A stretch of DNA of 21,783 bases from Candidatus Hydrogenedentota bacterium. Lineage in GTDB: Bacteria > Hydrogenedentota > Hydrogenedentia > Hydrogenedentales > SLHB01. Where the stretch lies: positions 1-21,783 of the forward strand of contig JAWXCN010000178.1 in the NCBI GenBank assembly GCA_034408725.1, written 5' to 3'. Shown here in pieces: positions 15,735 through 21,783 of this stretch. The position numbers were made by a program, and so were the translations under genes. Positions within the stretch are counted from its first letter, which is position 1. The number at the start of each line of letters is the position of its first letter. The notes beneath the pieces were generated by a model. The model was not told the DNA's origin. It saw only the letters and a list, made by a program, of their open reading frames with translations, and made no database searches.

Positions 15735-17992
15735 ATGAAGTTTTTCCGGCATGTGCCTGCGCTTTACGGCTATTTGGCCCTTCTTGTCTTTATGCCCGTT
15801 TCCTCCGAAGCCGACCCCGTGGTAAAGGCCTTCCCTACTGCGGAAGGTTTCGGCGCAGCGACTCCGGGAGGCCGCGGCGGCGCGGTGCTGTTTGTTACAA
15901 CGCTAGAAGACTTCGACCCCGGCAAGGAAAAACCGATCGCGGGTAGCTTGCGCGCCGCGGTCGATACGGATGGCCCGCGCACCATTCTATTTCGCATTGG
16001 CGGAACGATCGCGCTGAAATCCGACCTGTGGATCACAAAACCATTTGTGACCATCGCGGGGCAATCCGCTCCTGGTGGCGGCATTTGCATTCGCGATTAC
16101 CAACTTGTGCTTGCTACGAACAACGTCATCCTGCGCCACGTTCGCATCCGTTCCGGCGACGTGACGCGAAAAGAGCAGATGGCGCTCGGCATTTTCGGCG
16201 GCAACAACAGCATTGTCGATCACTGCTCGTTGTCGTGGGCAATCGACGAAGTGATGAGTTCCTTCGGCGCGGTTCATAACCTGACCGTACAATGGAGCAT
16301 CATCGCGGAGGGTTTGTCGAAGTCGTACCATCCGAAAGGTGAACACAGCAAAGGATCAATTCTGAACGGCGACGGAGGGGTCACAATTCATCATAGCGTG
16401 TATGCGCACAACGCCTCGCGCAATACCCGCATCGATAATATTCTGCTCGATTTCAGGAACAATGTAGTTTACAACTGGGGATACCGTTGCGGTTATACGC
16501 GAAGCGGTCCCATCTTCGTGAACTACGTGAATAACTATTTCAAGCCGGGGCCTTCGACGCGTAAGGCCGCGCTCACAAAAATATTTGTCCCTGGCGATAA
16601 TATGGCGCGCATGTTTCTCGTTGGCAATGTGCTCGAGGGCGTCGATGAATCCACGGAGAACAATACACTGCTCGTGTACCCGCCGAGTGGCCATGACGCC
16701 GCGCAACTGCGCAATACCGTTGTCGTTCAGGAACCATTCAGTTCCCCCACAGTATTGACTGATAGCGCGCGTACTGCAATGGATCGCATTCTCGCGGATG
16801 CCGGTGCGACGAAACCGTTGCGTGACAGTGCCGACGTGCGTTTGTTGGAGGAAGTTCGCGCGGGCACGGGGAAAATCATCGATTCGCAAGACGAAGTAGG
16901 CAATTGGCCGGAGCTTGCGGCGGGTACCCTTTCGCCCGATAGCGACAATGACGGTATGCCTGATGACTGGGAAACACTTCACGCACTAAACTCCAAAAGC
17001 GAAAGCGCGGATGCGGACAGCGATGGATATACCGATCTCGAGGAGTTTCTAAACGAAACCAATCCGAATGCCGCGGAAGCCGGTGCATCACTTGATCCAA
17101 AAACTTTTACCTCTATTCAGCGTTCCGCGCTTGCGCTTGCGTCGAAGGGTATGCAGGAACAATTGCAACAGGAGCGTAGTGACACCGCGAAACGCGCAGC
17201 GCAAATCGAACAAATCAAGAAAACGCTTCGGGTGGCCTTCACCCCGATGCTTTCCCGCGACGGAATCGAGCGCGTGACTGTGAACCTGGGCAATGAGACT
17301 TCGCTAACCCTCGTCCGCATTCCGCCCGGCAATTTCCTAATGGGCTCCCCAGATAATGAAGGGGGACTGGAAAACGAACGGCCACAACACAAGGTAACGA
17401 TTTCACGCCCGTATTACATGGCCGCAACCCCCACGACAACTGCGGAATATTGCGCGGTGTTTGGCTCGGAGGCCCGCGCACTCTCTCGGGAAAACGCTGA
17501 ACTTCCCGCGAAGGAAATTACGTGGTTCGAGGCGGTTGAGTTTTGTGAAATACTTTCGGCGATCACCGGCGAAACCTTCCGGTTGCCGACCGAAGCAGAA
17601 TGGGAGTATGCGTGCCGCGCTGGCACGGCCACCGCCTTCCATACCGGCGAGATGATAGCCTCGGACCAAGCAAACTTTAACGCGCTCGAAGCGACGCCGT
17701 TTAGTGCCGTTGGACATTTCGAGCGCGTATCCTGCCAGTGCAAACGTTTCCTCCAAACCCGTGGGGCCTCTATGACATGCACGGCAACGAGGCCGAATGG
17801 TGTCAGGATATATGTTTTCGTAAGTACACAGCCGAAGCGGTCACTGATCCCGTCAACGATGGTCCGGATGGCCCGCGCGTACTGCGCGGTGGAAAATCGG
17901 GAAGCAAGGCGTTCTACATACGCTCCGCCAGCCGCTATGGCTATACGCCGCAGGTCGGGTACAGCTTTCGCATCGTGATGGAGGTAAAGTAG
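15735..17992 (+). CDS. Pectate lyase (PL1 beta-helix) fused to an FGE-sulfatase/SUMF1 domain, interrupted by a 1-nt frameshift near 17714-17720 (752 aa if restored)
   Basis: AFPTAEGFG..TPGGRGG, GSLRAAV, TIAGQSAPG, IVDHCSLSW..DE, HSKG, RNNVVYNWG, DSDNDGMPDDWE. FGE motifs GNFLMGS, ERPQHKV, RLPTEAEWEYACRAG in frame 0. PNPWGLYDMHGNEAEWCQD, RVLRGG, FRIV in the -1 frame, ending at TAG 17992. Confidence 0.85.
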
Positions 17993-18075
17993 ACGCGGAT
18001 AATTTGCCTATTTCTTAAGCGAATGGCACTATACGGCCTCTTTCCAACCACAGACTTTGCGGGTGCAATACTGCC

Positions 18076-18819
18076 GTGATTCACGTCGAGAACTTTCACA
18101 AGGCCTATCGCGACACCATCGCCGTGCAAGACCTCAACTTCGCGTTAGAAGCCGGGGACATCCTCGGGCTTATCGGCCCGAATGGCGCTGGCAAGACGTC
18201 AACAATGCGGTGCATCGCCGGAATCATTCCACCGACGAGCGGGACCATCTCCGTTGCCGGCCATGACATCGCGCGCGAACCCATTGCCGCGAAAAGCCAG
18301 ATCGCGTATGTTCCCGACGATCCGAAACTGTTCGACACCCTCACGGTCTGGGAGCACCTCGAATTCGTGTCGGCGGCCTATCGCGTGAAAGATTGGCAGC
18401 CGCGCGGCGAGGAATTGCTGCATCGCTTCGACCTCACGGCAAAGCGCGGCGTCATTGCGCAGGAGTTGTCCCGCGGCATGCGTCAGAAAGTCGCGATCTG
18501 CTGCGCCTACCTCCACGAACCGCGCGCGATTCTGTTCGACGAACCGCACGTCGGGCTCGACCCGCGCGGCATCCGAACCATGAAAGATTCGATTCTCGAA
18601 CGTGTGCGCGCCGGCGGGTCGGTTATCGTAAGCTCGCATTTGCTCGAGTTGGTGGAAGACATGTGTACCCACCTGCTTATTCTTCACCAGGGACAGTCCC
18701 TGTATTTTGGCCGGATTGGCGATGCGCGCGCCGCATTTTCCCATCTCGGCGACGCCTCGCTCGAGGAAATTTTCTTTCACGTCACCGAAGGCGGCGCCGT
18801 CGAGTCCCGTCCGTCGTGA
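18076..18819 (+). CDS. ABC transporter ATP-binding protein (exporter type; 247 aa)
   Basis: Walker A GPNGAGKT, signature LSRGMRQK, Walker B ILFDEP, switch SSH. Confidence 0.95.
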   Translation: MIHVENFHKAYRDTIAVQDLNFALEAGDILGLIGPNGAGKTSTMRCIAGIIPPTSGTISVAGHDIAREPIAAKSQIAYVPDDPKLFDTLTVWEHLEFVSAAYRVKDWQPRGEELLHRFDLTAKRGVIAQELSRGMRQKVAICCAYLHEPRAILFDEPHVGLDPRGIRTMKDSILERVRAGGSVIVSSHLLELVEDMCTHLLILHQGQSLYFGRIGDARAAFSHLGDASLEEIFFHVTEGGAVESRPS

Positions 18820-20432
18820 TTCATCCCGCGTTGTTGTTCCTGGTGCGGCTGCGATGGCGCGCCATGTTCCGCAAGGCGGGACGCGGACTCAGCACCGTGC
18901 GTGGCGCGCTCCTCTTCCTTCTCGGACTTGCGCTTTTCATTCTATGGCTGGTCCCGCCCCTGCTCATGTCCTTTCGTGGGGAGAAGGGCAACATCGAGAT
19001 GTTCCAGTCGATCATGCCTCTGGGCATGTTGGGGATGTGCGTGTTCTCGCTAATGACTTCCGCGGGGGAGCGCGCAATTTATTTTTCGCCCGGTGAAATC
19101 GAGTTCCTGTTCCCCGGACCGTTCTCCCGCCGCGAAGTGCTCGCCTACAAACTGCTCGGCACCGTCTTGAACGTATTGCTTGGCAGCCTGATTTTTTCGA
19201 TGTTCGCAGTCCGTTTTACGTCGATGTGGCTCGCCGCGTACATAGGCGTGGCGCTGTCGTTGATCTTCATTCAATATTTCACCATGGCCGCGATGATCGT
19301 CGGCGAGACGATGTCGCAACGCGCCTACACACGCGCGCGGCGCGTCCTGCTCACCGCCGTGGGCGTGCTCATCGCGATGGGCGCGGGCCAGGTCATGTCC
19401 ATGCGCAACGACATGCGCGGCGAGAATTTCATGGTGCTCCTGCGCGAATCCGCGTGGCTGCGCTATGTCCTGCTGCCGCTCGAGCCGTTCGTGCGCACGG
19501 TCACTGCGCCCACGTTTCCAAATTTGTTGGGGTGGGCCACGGTATGCGTGGCAATTAACGGCGCATTGTTCTTCGTAATTGTCTGGCTCGACGCCGAATA
19601 TCGCGAAACTGCTATACGCGTGAGCAAACGCATCTATACGCGGATACAAAGCGCGCAGCGCAGTGGCATGGCAAGCGCCGGTGTTACCGTCGGCAAACGC
19701 CGTATACCCGCATGGCCGTGGTTCGGCGGTGCCGGACCCATCGCGTGGCGTCAAACGGTGAACGTGGCGCGCAATTCGCGCAGCATGCTGATGATCATGG
19801 TCCTGCTGTCCGTCGCGATCGGCATTCCGGCGATGCGCGGTGGGGGCGAGAACACCAGCGTGGTCGCGCCGGTGCTTACGATGATCATCTGGCTGACGGT
19901 GATGCTGTCAATGATGATTCGTTTCGATTTCCGCGCAGACATCGAACGCATGGATTGGTTAAAGGCCCTGCCGATTTCTCCGATGAGCATGGCCGTCGGA
20001 CAACTCCTCGTGCCCGTGCTCATGTGTACCGCCATGCAGGGGTTGCTAATTGCCCTCGCAACGTATTTCATGGGCCGGTACGAACTGATTCCGCTTGTGC
20101 TCGCGTTCGGACTGCCCACCAACCTCCTCATGTTCTCCGCCGAAAACACCATGTTCTTATTGATGCCAACGCGGACCGCCGCTTTCAGCCCCGGCGACTT
20201 TCAGTTGTTCGGTCGGCAGTTGCTTTTCCTGCTGGTAAAGTCCCTCGTAGTCGGCTCAATTTGGGGATTTGCGCTCGGTGTTGGCGCGCTTGTGTACCTC
20301 CTCGGAGGCCGCAATCTGATAGCCGGCGGTGTAACAGTCTGGGCACTGCTAAGCATCGCCGCGGCGGCAAGCATTTCCGCGGTAGCCTTGGCATACCGCC
20401 ACCACGACGTAAGCCGCGATACCCCCGTCTAA
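18816..20432 (+). CDS. Putative ABC exporter membrane subunit (about 12 TM; 538 aa)
   Basis: GTG start overlaps the ATPase stop (GTGA). Many TM segments. Motifs FSPGEIEFLFPGPFSRREVLAYKL and DWLKALPI. Confidence 0.85.
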   Translation: MIHPALLFLVRLRWRAMFRKAGRGLSTVRGALLFLLGLALFILWLVPPLLMSFRGEKGNIEMFQSIMPLGMLGMCVFSLMTSAGERAIYFSPGEIEFLFPGPFSRREVLAYKLLGTVLNVLLGSLIFSMFAVRFTSMWLAAYIGVALSLIFIQYFTMAAMIVGETMSQRAYTRARRVLLTAVGVLIAMGAGQVMSMRNDMRGENFMVLLRESAWLRYVLLPLEPFVRTVTAPTFPNLLGWATVCVAINGALFFVIVWLDAEYRETAIRVSKRIYTRIQSAQRSGMASAGVTVGKRRIPAWPWFGGAGPIAWRQTVNVARNSRSMLMIMVLLSVAIGIPAMRGGGENTSVVAPVLTMIIWLTVMLSMMIRFDFRADIERMDWLKALPISPMSMAVGQLLVPVLMCTAMQGLLIALATYFMGRYELIPLVLAFGLPTNLLMFSAENTMFLLMPTRTAAFSPGDFQLFGRQLLFLLVKSLVVGSIWGFALGVGALVYLLGGRNLIAGGVTVWALLSIAAAASISAVALAYRHHDVSRDTPV

Positions 20433-20461
20433 TTCCTCCCACCCGTCGTCTCGACTCTCCA

Positions 20462-20497
20462 TCGTGCTCGTGCTTGTCATCGTCATCGTAATCGAAC
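20462..20497. repeat. Degenerate hexamer tandem repeat (TCGTnn x6)
   Basis: tcgtgc tcgtgc ttgtca tcgtca tcgtaa tcgaac, with a further tcgtaa at 20501-20506. It lies between convergent stop codons. Confidence 0.7.
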
Positions 20498-20512
20498 TTC
20501 TCGTAACCCTGG

Positions 20513-20917
20513 CTACATCCATCGCCCCCGCGGCGTCCCCCTCAACCCCGGATACACTCCAAAACTGTAGAACCCCGCCACAACCACACCCAAAGCGCTC
20601 AAGACAAACAAAATCACCAAATTAGGGTCCGCCACGGACGGCGCCACATCAGACATCTCCGGGATTACAGGTCGCCCTCCCTGACCACTCATTACATAAC
20701 CGACCACTGTAAACGCCTGCGCATCGGGTGGTACGGCCAGCACCGGCCCACCGCCGCGGACCGTTTCAACACGCGCATGCGACAGCAACGGCCCATCCGG
20801 CGTGCAGTAAGCGTGCCACCAAGCCGTTAGCGGAACAACAATTGCCAACGCCGCGAAAATAAGCAGCGCTTCCGGCGAACCAAACCGCCGGCCATTTGGA
20901 ACTCGGTGCATGGACAT
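20513..20917 (-). CDS. Hypothetical small membrane protein with two hydrophobic segments (134 aa)
   Basis: GGGAG just upstream of the ATG (better spaced for the second Met at 20911). Near-consensus promoter upstream. TM segments ALLIFAALAIVVPLTAWW and LVILFVLSALGVVVAGFYSF. Confidence 0.55.
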   Translation of the reverse strand: MSMHRVPNGRRFGSPEALLIFAALAIVVPLTAWWHAYCTPDGPLLSHARVETVRGGGPVLAVPPDAQAFTVVGYVMSGQGGRPVIPEMSDVAPSVADPNLVILFVLSALGVVVAGFYSFGVYPGLRGTPRGRWM

Positions 20918-21003
20918 AACTCCCGCACCCCCGCGAAACTCCCGCGCGTAAACGCGCGCGGCCCAAGAAATAACTACAAACCCCTCCGCAGAAGGGGCTA
21001 TTT

Positions 21004-21033
21004 ATTATTGTCACCGGACTTACGCCCTGTCAA
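21004..21033 (-). promoter_or_regulatory. Sigma70-type promoter pointing at the 20917 gene
   Basis: Minus strand TTGACA (21033-21028), 18 nt, AATAAT (21009-21004). Confidence 0.55.
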
Positions 21034-21049
21034 TAGATTTTTCGGGGCT

Positions 21050-21114
21050 GGGGCGGCCACCGCCAGCCGGGGACAGCCACCGCCATCCAAAACGCGATGG
21101 CGGTGACAGTCCCC
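21050..21114. repeat. Second REP-like palindrome (ggggac...gtcccc type) with a partial tandem duplicate
   Basis: ggggacagccaccgccatc-caaaacgc-gatggcggtgacagtcccc (21069-21114): 19-bp arms with 2 mismatches. Preceded by ggggcggccaccgccagcc (21050-21068). Confidence 0.65.
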
Positions 21115-21224
21115 CGATCGCCTTCAATTCGCAATTTCCTTCCCCTTCGCCGCAATATCCGTTATAGTGTTTTGGGCTATGTTGCGTCCATGTGTGCAGG
21201 GGTTGGAGCCACGGAGTACATGCG

Positions 21225-21783
21225 ATGAAGTTTGGGTGCAGGCTATGTCTTTTCTTGGTGTTTGGGGTAGGCGGAGCATGGGGGCAAGATTCGTTCACGA
21301 ACTTCGAATCGTCCCAAGTCCACCCCGTCGATATCAGTCCTAACCGTTCAACGCTCGCGGTATGCAATACCGCGGACGCCCGGATCGAATTGTTCGACGT
21401 CTCAACGGGTAACGCCTCCCCGATAGGCTCGGTTCCCGTCGGCTACGATCCCGTCACCGCCCGGTTCCGCACGAACAGCGAGCTGTGGGTCGTCAACCAT
21501 ATTTCCGACAGCATCAGCATCATCGATATTCCGTCGCGCCGCGTGTACGCCACGCTCCTAACGGGTGACGAACCCTGCGACGTGGTCTTCGCGGGCCTTC
21601 CCGAGTTCGCATTCGTCTCGTGTTCACAGGTCAATCTCGTCCAGCGGTTTAATCCCGCGGACCTGACCGCCGCGCCTACGAGCATCCCGATTACGGGGGA
21701 AGACCCGCGGGCCCTCGCCGTCAGCCCGGACAAGCTGACCGTGTTCGCCGCGATTTTCGAATCGGGCAATCGCAGCACTCTAA
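21225..21783 (+). CDS. 5' part of a secreted YVTN/YncE-type beta-propeller protein (runs off the window)
   Basis: Not in the ORF track. Hand translation: MKFGCRLCLFLVFGVGGAWGQDSFTNFESSQVHPVDISPNRSTLAVCNTADARIELFD...VPVGYDPV...LWVVNHISDSISIID...TGDEPCDVVF...GEDPRALAVSPD...FESGNRSTL. GGAG RBS. No in-frame stop, and the terminal taa is out of frame. Confidence 0.88.
   Translation, partial: MKFGCRLCLFLVFGVGGAWGQDSFTNFESSQVHPVDISPNRSTLAVCNTADARIELFDVSTGNASPIGSVPVGYDPVTARFRTNSELWVVNHISDSISIIDIPSRRVYATLLTGDEPCDVVFAGLPEFAFVSCSQVNLVQRFNPADLTAAPTSIPITGEDPRALAVSPDKLTVFAAIFESGNRSTL

Noticed and set aside
17705..17745. Programmed -1 ribosomal frameshift
   Set aside because: No canonical slippery heptamer in the permitted interval, and the shift falls mid-domain.
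17860..17992. Diversity-generating retroelement variable region in the FGE/CLec C-terminus
   Set aside because: I found no template-repeat copy differing at adenines and no reverse transcriptase in the window. A remote DGR cannot be excluded.
18393..18815. 141-aa Arg-rich N-terminal extension of the permease in the ORF track
   Set aside because: It overlaps the ATPase in another frame. GTG 18816 with a GTGA overlap is the more plausible start.
20800..20917. Sec/pilin or PEP-CTERM-type sorting signal in the 134-aa protein
   Set aside because: No G|FxxxE prepilin motif at the N-terminus, and the C-terminal TM is preceded by ADPN rather than VPEP.

Overview
GC-rich bacterial chromosomal window with about 17 genes and no rRNA, tRNA, CRISPR array, transposase, integrase or reverse transcriptase that I can recognise. 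The gene content suggests a PVC-like or Hydrogenedentes-like organism, which is a tentative guess. In order: a REP/REPIN-like palindromic repeat cluster; a minus-strand trio (helical hypothetical, DUF6807/PmoA-like secreted protein, purple-acid-phosphatase-type metallophosphoesterase); a beta-lactamase-fold serine hydrolase; a Trm112-like protein and a HAL2-type 3'(2'),5'-bisphosphate nucleotidase; a large CHASE4-HAMP-3xPAS-HisKA-HATPase-2xREC-Hpt hybrid kinase; a PIN-PhoH protein; a membrane hypothetical; a 39-aa membrane microprotein missing from the ORF track; a DxDxDG-repeat beta-propeller (PL11-like); a PL1 pectate lyase fused to an FGE-sulfatase domain and split by a one-base frameshift; an ABC ATPase/exporter pair; a small membrane protein; and the 5' part of a YVTN-type beta-propeller running off the window. 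The most notable items are the dispersed REP family, the microprotein, and the lyase-FGE fusion with its frameshift. I found no clearly new multi-gene system. All family calls come from motif recognition, not database searches.
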